Source of the DNA: Bacteroidota bacterium
GTDB lineage: Bacteria > Bacteroidota > Bacteroidia > Chitinophagales > BACL12
NCBI GenBank assembly: GCA_031402635.1
Contig: JANNSM010000277.1
Span: forward strand, 1 to 37,715
Direction: 5' to 3'
DNA: 37,715 nucleotides
Position 1 is the stretch's first letter. Each line of letters begins with the position of its first letter. Shown one piece after another: positions 18,475 to 27,196 of the stretch. The notes below the pieces were generated by a model. It ran no database searches. It worked only from the letters and a program-made list of their open reading frames with translations, and was not told the origin of the DNA. The position numbers and the translations under genes are program-made.

Positions 18475-19011
18475 TTAAACTGTTAAATCGTTTTCATTTT
18501 GAATTTCAATTCCCTTTTTGAAAATTGTCGCAATGACATAGACTACAGCCGCCATCAAAATAAACGCTTGACTGTCTGCCCAAAACTGATCTAGTTGGTC
18601 AATTTCGTATCCGCGATGTAGCAAATTTTTAGCTATTTCTCGAGCTGCGTAGCTTAAGAGTCCAATGGATAAAGTATAGTAACTTATCTGTGTTATTTGT
18701 TTGGAAACAAAATTGTTGAATGGTTTTGCCAAATCAAGTTCACTGATGAGTCTGATGACTACATAAAATAAGACTGCTTTCAAAAAAGAGATGACTATGA
18801 CAAAACTATAAATACTGTAAAAAGTCCCTTTACTACGATCATACATTTCGCTTAAATCTAACTTTTGATATAAGTTTTGGACAAGTTCAGGCCTATAAAG
18901 ACAAAAAATGAAATTGACTATTAAGGCTGCTGCTTCAATGCATAGGCCAACGAAGATGACCCAGGCAACAATCTGTAGGCCTTTAAATACAAAGTCGTTT
19001 GTTTTTGACAT
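18475..19011 (-). CDS. DUF2975-family membrane protein
   Basis: 178 aa with about four TM helices. Its stop is 3 nt from the start of the YozG-like HTH gene, which is the usual DUF2975/HTH pairing. Confidence 0.75.
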   Translation of the reverse strand: MSKTNDFVFKGLQIVAWVIFVGLCIEAAALIVNFIFCLYRPELVQNLYQKLDLSEMYDRSKGTFYSIYSFVIVISFLKAVLFYVVIRLISELDLAKPFNNFVSKQITQISYYTLSIGLLSYAAREIAKNLLHRGYEIDQLDQFWADSQAFILMAAVVYVIATIFKKGIEIQNENDLTV

Positions 19012-19050
19012 GATTATTGAAAGTTTGAATTATGTCGCAAAATAACAAAA

Positions 19051-19071
19051 ATTTATTGACAATCAATAAAT
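19051..19071. promoter_or_regulatory. 9-bp inverted repeat ATTTATTGA-CAA-TCAATAAAT, candidate operator of the DUF2975-HTH operon
   Basis: Perfect arms read directly, centred ~50 nt upstream of the DUF2975 start codon (19011, minus strand). Confidence 0.4.
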
Positions 19072-19610
19072 ATACATTTTTATTCAAAAATAATTTAGGG
19101 TAACGTACCATTACTAAGTCTTCCTTCTAGTGTTAATTAGGTCGTTTGTTACCAGGAACGCTAACACCTGCATATCAGAAACCTATTCAGTTGCTATAAT
19201 ATCGCCTATGTACTCCATTTATTTACAGCTATCTATAGTAATACGAATGCTAGTAGAAGTATGCGACTTAACATATGAAATAGTTGTAATAGTTTTGATT
19301 GCTATACATACCACAATACTGGAAACGGCCGAAGGTGGACGACGAAGGTGGACAAGCGGATCATCTAAACGGTTGCGAGGCTATTTTCTCCGGGTTATTC
19401 CCCTTTAATAAGAAATTCACAAGGGTGACCATGATGCTTGACAAGCCTGTGTACGGGCGTATAATTCACGATCGGCGCACCATTTCAATTTAGGTAATCC
19501 GGACATACTGCATTACTTTGCTTAGGGTTGCTTCATGCCGGTGTTTATCTGCAATCCATTACCAGACTGCATTCGCGGTTTAACAATCAACAGCCTGGAA
19601 TCAACAGTCT

Positions 19611-20135
19611 ATGAAGCGAGATGAACTGGCTACGCAATTGATAGGATGTCACCAGTCATTTTCTGATTTGATCGCTGGCTTAACAGAGGAGCAGTTTAAC
19701 CGTGCCCCAGAGAATAAATGGAATGCAGGGCAACAACTGGATCATCTTTATCGGTCTGTGCGGCCCCTGGTGACCGCTATGAAACTGCCGGTCTGGTTGC
19801 CGGGATTGCTTTTTGGAAAATCGAATCAACCCTCAACCGCCTACGAAGGCATTGTCACCAGGTACCGGCAACAACTTTCAAAGGGTGCAACCGCTACCGG
19901 TCAATACCGGCCACAACCCATCGGGTATTCAGCCCGGATCTGGGTTAATGGGGCGATGGTGAATGCGGCCACTTCAGTAGCGCAACAAATCCGGAAACTC
20001 AGCGAAGAGCAACTGGATCAATTCCGCCTCCCCCATCCCCTTCTCGGGAAACTTTCTTTCCGCGAAATGGGGTATTTCACGATCTGCCATGTCAGGCACC
20101 ACGCGGATTCCGTGAAGCATATGGTAGGTTTGTAA
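19611..20135 (+). CDS. DinB-superfamily protein
   Basis: 174 aa. The DinB_2-like helix-bundle pattern has conserved His positions (QQLDHLYRS ... CHVRHHADSVKH). Confidence 0.7.
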   Translation: MKRDELATQLIGCHQSFSDLIAGLTEEQFNRAPENKWNAGQQLDHLYRSVRPLVTAMKLPVWLPGLLFGKSNQPSTAYEGIVTRYRQQLSKGATATGQYRPQPIGYSARIWVNGAMVNAATSVAQQIRKLSEEQLDQFRLPHPLLGKLSFREMGYFTICHVRHHADSVKHMVGL

Positions 20136-20250
20136 TCCGGCAGAAAAACTTCATTGGGAAGACAGTTTTTAGAATCGCGCTAAAAAGGCTATTTTACTGT
20201 TCGTTTTTGTGTTTAAAAAAGCTACCTACTTCCATAATTCCTGAAAGTTT

Positions 20251-20664
20251 ATGAAACGGATAATTCTTCTCTCTCTAATGCTGCTGTTTACTGCGGGTAT
20301 TGGCAAACTCAGCGCTCAGCAAACGGTGAGAATACCCTCTGAATCGGAAAAATTGCTTTACAGGCAATGGCAGATGATGAAAATGACTGATCCGGAGAAC
20401 ACCCTTCTAAAGGAACAGAAAGAAGGAGAGCGCGACCTTTTTACGTTCAGGGCGGACCATTCACTGACTATTTCCAAGAATGGCAAAGTAGCTAACGGGT
20501 TTTGGAAATACAGCCCGGAATCAAGCTCCATGGTTATCACGGACGAAACCCGACATGACAATGTGGCGTATACCATTCTTGTACTAACCGATAAGGAGTT
20601 GGTTTTGCTCTATCCCGATGAAATGCACGGAAGTAAAAAGTTGTTCTTTTCTCAGGTTCCATGA
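20251..20664 (+). CDS. secreted lipocalin-like small protein (hypothetical)
   Basis: 137 aa with a signal peptide. The GFWKYS ... YTILVLTDKELVLLY pattern resembles lipocalin-like domains of Bacteroidota. Confidence 0.65.
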   Translation: MKRIILLSLMLLFTAGIGKLSAQQTVRIPSESEKLLYRQWQMMKMTDPENTLLKEQKEGERDLFTFRADHSLTISKNGKVANGFWKYSPESSSMVITDETRHDNVAYTILVLTDKELVLLYPDEMHGSKKLFFSQVP

Positions 20665-20740
20665 TCCAGCGTTTTAGTGGATCTGATTTACTCCGAATCA
20701 ATATTGTTAATATCCAGTTTACTTGGCGATTAACCGCCAT

Positions 20741-23700
20741 ATGTCCCCTATTTCCGGAAGCCTGACCTGGTTTTCCCGCGGCATTATCCGTATAACTGTT
20801 CTGACCATTTTTGGGCTCCTGCAACTAACGGCCAACCTGACAGCCCAAACATTGCCCTGCTCTTCCCTTGCCGAGTGGCGCGGATCAAAAATCCGATTCG
20901 TCAGTGCTGATGGTGGCGAACACCTGCTCGACAACCTGAACTGTTACCCCGGATTTCTGTATGCTCAACGGCGGGGGAAATGGGCTGCTCTGGATGAAAA
21001 AGGGCGCTTCATCACGTCTTTTCAGTTTGACGCACTCGAACCTTTTGATAACGGACTTGCGGCGGTGCGTGTTGGAGAGCTTCACGGCTATATCAACGAG
21101 TCAGGTCGAGAGGTAATCCCAATCCGCTTTGAAAAGATCAGGGTGCTTTCCCCTGATCGGTTTCTGGCCCGCGATGATTTCGGCTGGACATTATTAGACA
21201 GAGCAGGACAGCCGGTGGACGGGCGTCCATACGAAAGGGTATCTTCATTCATCGAAGGATTTTCGGTGACTAAACGGGATAGCCTTTACGGACTGATATC
21301 GGATGATGGAAAACTGGTTTGTTCTCCCCGCTACAACGAAATCAATAAGTTTTTTGAAGGGCTGGCCATGGTCTCCCGAAATGGCCTCTGGGGCCACATA
21401 GATACCAGAGGTCGCGAAGTTATTCCCTTAGAATATGACGAAGTCTTCGTCTTTTTTGACAGCCTGTGCATTGCGCGAAAGGGCAACTACTGGGGTTACA
21501 TTGACCGGAATAACCACATGGTGCTTCCTTTCGTTTTTGATTATGTCGAATACTTTGATCAGGACAGAGCCCTGGTTTCAAAAAATGGTCGCTGGGGTTA
21601 TATAGACCCCGCAGGAAAAGAAGTCATTCCGCTGATCTACGACAGAATTCACCCGTTTCACGACGGCATGGCCAAAATTGAATTGAACGGCCTGCAGGGA
21701 TACCTCAATCAAAAAGGGGAAACGGTTATCAAGCCCGATTACGATGAGATCTACCGTTTCATGGACGGCATTGCGATTACCCGTCGCAACGGATTATTTG
21801 GGTTTGTAAGAAGTGATGGTTCGGTAGTTTGCGAGCCGGTCTGGGACGGGGTACTAACCTTTCGCGATGGGGTTGCCCGCGTTCAACGCGGTGATAAATT
21901 TGGATTGATCAACCGCGAAAATGAAGTATTGATTGCACCCCGGTACGATGAAATAGGCACCTATGAAGGCGGCATGGTCAGTGTGCGAAAAGGTGCAGAA
22001 TGGATGTTTGTTGATGCTATGCCGAGCTCCGGCCCGGTGGTGCTGGATCCAACCCGGGCAGCCCGCATCCGCATGGGTCAGGACTGGGGTTATATTGATC
22101 AATCCGGCCGGGCTTATGGTTTCAGCACGGGCTCTGCGGAGTTTATAGACACCAGGGCCAGTCTTGGGAAACTGGAAGAAAACCAGCGCGCCAGCTATAC
22201 CTATCACTACCGCAACAATACCAGTCGCAAACTGGTGATCACCCCTATGGAAACTCCCTGTGGGTGTGTAGCCGTCAACACACCTTCTGACGGTGTTGAG
22301 CCCGGACAATTCGGCCAGATCTATTTGTCTTGCGAAACCTGGGGCATTCACCCGGAATGGGAAGTGCGCCTGCCGGTAAATTTTGCGGGAATGGATGAAC
22401 CGGTTATGCTGCAGTTGCGAGCCTCGCGGTCCGTGCCTGATTCTGCCATGATATTGCTTGAAGAAGTGCCCATCAACGGGCGTTATGTCTTCCTGATGGA
22501 TATCTCCGCTTCTATGGATGAACTACCTCTGGCTAAAATGATCTTTTCAAAAATGGCCACTTCGCTTTGTCGGGAAGATAATGTTTCTATTGTTTCGTTT
22601 AACTCCTTTTCCAAGGTGGAATTGCGGCCTACCGAAAATCACGCGGAAGTGGTAAATACCATCCGTCACCTGCGGCCATCGCTGAAAACGGATGCCGCAA
22701 GGGGCTTGCGGCTTTCTTACGCCATTCTTGACGAGCCTGGAAGGGCTCTGGAGAAACATATCTACATGGCCTCGGACGGGGATATTGATACCAGTCAACT
22801 GGCCAGAGTGTTGCAGTCCGGGGAGGGCCGGGATGTTTTGCTCACCATTTTTGTTTTCTCCTATACCGGCGACAAAACGGCATATAATAATCTCGTTGAG
22901 AAACAGACCTTCCCCGGAGTTAGATTCGTTTATGTTGACCGCGAAAACATCGCAGAAGTGCTCAACCAGGAATACACGGATATCGGTTGCCTTCCACCCG
23001 AATTGGAAAAAGCCGATACCTTGCTGTATCAGGTTGTTAATTCTGCACCTTATGAGGAACTGACTACCATCCGTGAAATGCGGCGTTTTGGAGTATTGGA
23101 TAGATACGGCAATCTTGTTCTTCCGCCGTTGTATGAATTTCTTGATTACCCGGGCGAAGGATTAATCAGAACCCGACTTGGAAGCCGCTGGGCACTGCAC
23201 GACCGATGCCAGAACCTGACACCGGTTAACTATGACAGCATCGGTCTATTTTCTGAAGGGAAAGCTTTTGCGCTAAGAAACGGTCAGGAAGTATTATTGG
23301 ACGAAAAAGGCCGCGAGTATGAATTCATCCCGGACTGGATAGAAAATAATCTCTTTGAAAATCCTGATACGCTAAAGGGACAGCCTTTTGCCAACCTTAC
23401 CCTGTTGCTTGACATATCATCATCTATGGAAAGTCCGGAAAAGCTGCCCTTGCTAAAAGAAACTTTCCGGCATTTCAGCGGGTTGCTGCGCTTTGAAGAC
23501 CGGGTGGCTATTGTTACTTATACCAGTACCGCTACACTGCAATTACCCAGTGTTTCAGCCAGCAAGCGGCGGCTGATCGTAGAGACGATTGACAATATCC
23601 GCTCCAAAGGCAATACGGTATTGCTCGAAGGTCTTGAGATGGCATACCGCCAGGCCAGCGAGGCGTATATTCCCGGTGGCAACAACCGGGTGATTCTCGC

Positions 23701-23953
23701 AACAGATGGCCGGTTTGAAATCACCGAAGATTTGCTTCGTCTGCTGGATCGCTACAAAGCCCGGCAAATTCACCTGAGCTTATACCTCTTTGGTGAAACA
23801 GAAAAAAAGATCTACGCGGATAATCTCGGGCGTCTGGCAATGCGCTCGGGTGGAAGTTACCATTATGCAACAGCCGACAATATTAGGGAACTGATGCTTG
23901 CAGAAGCATTGCTGAACCGGGCGCCTGAGCGTGAACCGGCAGCAAAGGAATGA
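20741..23953 (+). CDS. large secreted multidomain protein: WG repeats, DUF1573-like module, vWA, WG repeats, vWA
   Basis: ATG at 20741; the tracked ORF opens at an in-frame TTG at 20723. Signal peptide, then ~12 repeats of the (K/R/L)WG(Y/H)ID..G.EVIP..YD type at ~20978-22120. A DUF1573-like segment follows (YTYHYRNNTSRKLVITPMETPCGCV). MIDAS motifs are DISAS at 22499-22513 and DISSS at 23411-23425, with downstream SDGD and ATDG. Confidence 0.9.
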   Translation: MSPISGSLTWFSRGIIRITVLTIFGLLQLTANLTAQTLPCSSLAEWRGSKIRFVSADGGEHLLDNLNCYPGFLYAQRRGKWAALDEKGRFITSFQFDALEPFDNGLAAVRVGELHGYINESGREVIPIRFEKIRVLSPDRFLARDDFGWTLLDRAGQPVDGRPYERVSSFIEGFSVTKRDSLYGLISDDGKLVCSPRYNEINKFFEGLAMVSRNGLWGHIDTRGREVIPLEYDEVFVFFDSLCIARKGNYWGYIDRNNHMVLPFVFDYVEYFDQDRALVSKNGRWGYIDPAGKEVIPLIYDRIHPFHDGMAKIELNGLQGYLNQKGETVIKPDYDEIYRFMDGIAITRRNGLFGFVRSDGSVVCEPVWDGVLTFRDGVARVQRGDKFGLINRENEVLIAPRYDEIGTYEGGMVSVRKGAEWMFVDAMPSSGPVVLDPTRAARIRMGQDWGYIDQSGRAYGFSTGSAEFIDTRASLGKLEENQRASYTYHYRNNTSRKLVITPMETPCGCVAVNTPSDGVEPGQFGQIYLSCETWGIHPEWEVRLPVNFAGMDEPVMLQLRASRSVPDSAMILLEEVPINGRYVFLMDISASMDELPLAKMIFSKMATSLCREDNVSIVSFNSFSKVELRPTENHAEVVNTIRHLRPSLKTDAARGLRLSYAILDEPGRALEKHIYMASDGDIDTSQLARVLQSGEGRDVLLTIFVFSYTGDKTAYNNLVEKQTFPGVRFVYVDRENIAEVLNQEYTDIGCLPPELEKADTLLYQVVNSAPYEELTTIREMRRFGVLDRYGNLVLPPLYEFLDYPGEGLIRTRLGSRWALHDRCQNLTPVNYDSIGLFSEGKAFALRNGQEVLLDEKGREYEFIPDWIENNLFENPDTLKGQPFANLTLLLDISSSMESPEKLPLLKETFRHFSGLLRFEDRVAIVTYTSTATLQLPSVSASKRRLIVETIDNIRSKGNTVLLEGLEMAYRQASEAYIPGGNNRVILATDGRFEITEDLLRLLDRYKARQIHLSLYLFGETEKKIYADNLGRLAMRSGGSYHYATADNIRELMLAEALLNRAPEREPAAKE

Positions 23954-24032
23954 TCGTTCAAAAATGAAATCCCGCAAACAGACCTACTAACTCATTCGAT
24001 CTGCCCAGTAACTTTGCTGCCAATCTCTGTAT

Positions 24033-25193
24033 ATGCGCATTGTGTTGTTTACCGGTAAAGGTGGCGTTGGAAAAACCACGGTAGCTGCTGCCACCGCCCT
24101 TCGCTGTGCCCGGATGGGTTACAAAACGCTGGTGATCTCGACTGATCCGGCCCACAGCCTTGCTGATGCCCTTGACCGACCACTCGGACCAGAGCCTGTT
24201 GAAATCGAATCCAATCTGTTTGGTCAGGAACTGGATGTTTACTACAGCATGAAAAAACACTGGAGCAATATGCGCGAGCTGATGCTGACGGTGTTTCGCT
24301 GGCAGGGTGTCAAGGACGTTGTGGCAGAAGAAATGTCAGCCTTACCCGGGATGGAAGAAGCCAGTGCCTTCCTTTGGATTGAGCAGTATTACCGGGAAGA
24401 AGCCTTTGATGTGATCATTATTGATTCGGCGCCAACCGGAGAAACCCTTACCCTGCTGACTCTTCCACAGGTCACCAAATGGTGGGTAACCAAAGCTTTC
24501 CCATTCCAGAGATTGATTATGAAAGGCCTGGGTACGGCGGTTAGAAAAACAACCGGAGTACCCCTTGATAAAGGCTATGAAGAACTGGAGGATTTGTTTA
24601 ACAAACTGGAATTTATCCAGACCATTTTCTCCGATCCCGCAATAACCTCCATCCGGCTGGTTGCCAACCCGGAGCGAATGGTTATCCAGGAGGCCAAACG
24701 TGCCTTTACCTACCTGCAGCTTTATGGGTACAACGTGGATGCCGTGATTGTCAACCGGGTATTACCCCCGATGGAACATCCGGGGATTTTCAGCCGATAT
24801 CTGGAAACCCAAACCGGCTACCTGCAGGAGATTGAAGAAAGTTTTGCCCCGCTGCCAATCATGCTGGTGAAGCATGCCGGAAGGGAGGTTTTTGGTCTTG
24901 AACTTCTGGATCTGATTGCCACCGAAATGTACAATCAGGACGACCCCACCGTGATTTACCACGAAGAAAAACCGGTGGAATACCTGGAAACCCCAAAGGG
25001 ATACAACGTGCGCCTTAAACTCTCTTTCCTGGAAGGACAGGAGTTCAACCTTAAAAAATTCGGTGATGAGCTGGTCCTTGAACTGGGCAACCGCAGAAAA
25101 CACGTCTTTCTGCCGAGGTTTGCCCATTTCATGACACTGGGAAGCTATAGCTATACAGAACCCTGGCTGGAGGTGGAACTCCTAAAGGAATAG
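24033..25193 (+). CDS. ArsA/Get3-family ATPase, single module, with HSP20-like C-terminal domain
   Basis: 386 aa. It has a deviant Walker A (GKGGVGKTT), the ISTDPAHSLADAL signature, and a C-terminal beta-sandwich-like segment (YNVRLKLSFLEG..GDELVLELGNRRKHVFLP). Confidence 0.88.
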   Translation: MRIVLFTGKGGVGKTTVAAATALRCARMGYKTLVISTDPAHSLADALDRPLGPEPVEIESNLFGQELDVYYSMKKHWSNMRELMLTVFRWQGVKDVVAEEMSALPGMEEASAFLWIEQYYREEAFDVIIIDSAPTGETLTLLTLPQVTKWWVTKAFPFQRLIMKGLGTAVRKTTGVPLDKGYEELEDLFNKLEFIQTIFSDPAITSIRLVANPERMVIQEAKRAFTYLQLYGYNVDAVIVNRVLPPMEHPGIFSRYLETQTGYLQEIEESFAPLPIMLVKHAGREVFGLELLDLIATEMYNQDDPTVIYHEEKPVEYLETPKGYNVRLKLSFLEGQEFNLKKFGDELVLELGNRRKHVFLPRFAHFMTLGSYSYTEPWLEVELLKE

Positions 25194-25241
25194 CCATTTC
25201 AGGCTAAGTCAGACCTGATCCAACGATAAAAGCAATCTGCC

Positions 25242-26030
25242 TCAACCTGCGGTCGCTGCACTGCCATAGCCCGGGCCGTCAATAGCCGGTGGAGCGGTGG
25301 TAACACGGTTGATACGGATCATCCGGAACTTTTCCAGGGTCAACACAATTGGCCAAAGGGGATCGAATTCAAACTTGCGGAATCCGAGGTTTGGTCTCGC
25401 CGGGGCCTTGTGATGGTTGTTGTGGAATACTTCGCCCAAAAACAAAATGTCAATAGGCATCAGGTTCGTGGAGGTGTTTTTCATCTTGTAGTTCACATAG
25501 CCGTAGCGGTGTGAACACCAGTTGATAATTGCACCGTGCAGCGGGCTCATCACGATGGTTGCCGGCAGCAAAAGCCATTGCCAGGCGGCTGTGGCAAAGA
25601 CCGCATAGAAGGTGATATACAAAACAATCCAGGTAACCCGGATGGCATAGTGGTGCGCAAACGGCTCAAAAGCCGGCCAACTGGGAACACCGGTTTTGTA
25701 TTTCTCTTCAATTGGAATGGTTCCCTTCCAGATACCGAAGTAGGTCTTGCGGGTCTCCCACATCATCCGGAAAATATTGCCGTGGTAGTTCGGCGAATGG
25801 GGGTCTTTCTCCGTGTCCGTATGCGCGTGGTGGATGCGATGCATCACTCCGTATGCAAAAGGACTTAGATAAGCCGAACCGGTAATGAGCCAGGAGAAAA
25901 AATGAAAAAACCGCTCGACAGGCTGGGACATCGTCCAATGTTGATGAGCGGCATATCTATGCAGAAAAAATGTATGTATGAAAATGGTCAGGTACCAATG
26001 GACTATGAAAAAAATAAGGACAGCAGGCAT
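25242..26030 (-). CDS. membrane fatty-acid (acyl-CoA/acyl-lipid) desaturase
   Basis: 262 aa with three histidine boxes (HRYAAHQ, HRIHHAHTD, HNNHH) and TM helices. Confidence 0.88.
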   Translation of the reverse strand: MPAVLIFFIVHWYLTIFIHTFFLHRYAAHQHWTMSQPVERFFHFFSWLITGSAYLSPFAYGVMHRIHHAHTDTEKDPHSPNYHGNIFRMMWETRKTYFGIWKGTIPIEEKYKTGVPSWPAFEPFAHHYAIRVTWIVLYITFYAVFATAAWQWLLLPATIVMSPLHGAIINWCSHRYGYVNYKMKNTSTNLMPIDILFLGEVFHNNHHKAPARPNLGFRKFEFDPLWPIVLTLEKFRMIRINRVTTAPPAIDGPGYGSAATAG

Positions 26031-26164
26031 GAGAACTCGTTAGAGATTTATGGAAAATTAGATCAACACGCAGGAGCATGTACGGCCTGCCTGTCTAACG
26101 CCGAAAAGATACGCCCAAAAGGGCAATTTTCATGCATACGTTCAAGGTCCTCTCGCGCCAATGA

Positions 26165-26947
26165 TCAATCTTCAAGTCGTTCATGAAGCTGGACCGGATC
26201 TACCTTTTTCCGGATTCTTAAGTTCACCACTTCAACAAGAAGGGCAAAAGCCACAGAGAAATACACATAGCCTTTAGCCACTTCAACATGCAGCGATTCA
26301 ACAATTAAGGTGAATCCGATCAGGATAAGGAAGGAAAGAGCGAGAATCTGAAAGGTCGGATGTCGGTTGATAAAGGCAGAGATCGCTCCGGAAAAAGCCA
26401 TCATCACAAATACAGAAATAATGACGGCTACCATCATAATTGGCACCACTTTAGTCAGTCCAACAGCCGTAAGGATGGAATCAAAGCTGAAGACCATATC
26501 AATCAGAATAATTTGCAGAATTACGGCATTGATGGCAGCCTTGCCACCAACACTGGCGCTGTGCTCTTCACCTTCCATTTTGCCATGGATTTCTGAAACG
26601 CTTTTGCCCACCAGAAATAGTCCGCCCAGGAAGAGCAAAAGATCTTTCACACTGATCCCCAAAGGACCGGCTGCCGCTTCACCTGCTTCTGCTGCACCCA
26701 GATGGAACGGCAGATAAAACAGCGGTTTATCCAATTTCAAAATGTAGCCAATAGCCAACAACATCAGCAGGCGCATAAACATGGCCAGCACCAAGCCAAT
26801 GTTTCGTGTTCTCTTTTGCTGTTCTTTGGGCAGTTTACCCGTGACAATCGAAATGAAAATGATGTTGTCAACCCCCAATACAATTTCCAGCAGGGTCAGT
26901 GTAAAAACTGCAATCCAGGCCTCGGCAGTAGTAAAGGCTTCAAACAT
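26165..26947 (-). CDS. TerC-family integral membrane protein
   Basis: 260 aa. LEIVLGVDNIIFISI and the second repeat DMVFSFDSILTAVG are typical of TerC/YjbE proteins. Confidence 0.9.
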   Translation of the reverse strand: MFEAFTTAEAWIAVFTLTLLEIVLGVDNIIFISIVTGKLPKEQQKRTRNIGLVLAMFMRLLMLLAIGYILKLDKPLFYLPFHLGAAEAGEAAAGPLGISVKDLLLFLGGLFLVGKSVSEIHGKMEGEEHSASVGGKAAINAVILQIILIDMVFSFDSILTAVGLTKVVPIMMVAVIISVFVMMAFSGAISAFINRHPTFQILALSFLILIGFTLIVESLHVEVAKGYVYFSVAFALLVEVVNLRIRKKVDPVQLHERLED

Positions 26948-26989
26948 TATCGGGAGAAGTTTGGGGCAAAAATAGCAAGCTCACCATGA

Positions 26990-27187
26990 TTATCCCTGCT
27001 GCTCCGGTCTTTGCCCGGCTTTGCGGCTCTTTTTCCGGCCACTATCCGCCAGCGACCGGTGCAGCAGGTATTCAATCTGACCGTTAAGGCTGCGAAATTC
27101 ATCCGCAGCCCACTTCTCCAGTACCTGGAATGTTTCCGGGTCCATCCGGAGTACGAAACTCTTCTTTTTGGATTTGTCGTCAACCAT
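26990..27187 (-). CDS. Arc/MetJ-type ribbon-helix-helix DNA-binding protein
   Basis: 65 aa. KKKSFVLRMDPETFQVLEKWAADEFRSLNGQIEYLL fits a beta-strand plus two-helix RHH pattern. It starts 9 nt after the SPFH gene. Confidence 0.65.
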   Translation of the reverse strand: MVDDKSKKKSFVLRMDPETFQVLEKWAADEFRSLNGQIEYLLHRSLADSGRKKSRKAGQRPEQQG

Positions 27188-27196
27188 TGCGAGGCA

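Noticed and set aside
19130-19493. ORFs 19130-19408 and 19299-19493.
   Set aside because: They have non-canonical or weak starts, odd composition, no motifs, and straddle a sharp GC transition. I treat them as non-coding spacer.
21854-22351. 165-aa minus-strand ORF.
   Set aside because: It is antisense to the WG-repeat/DUF1573 region of the large protein and has no motifs.
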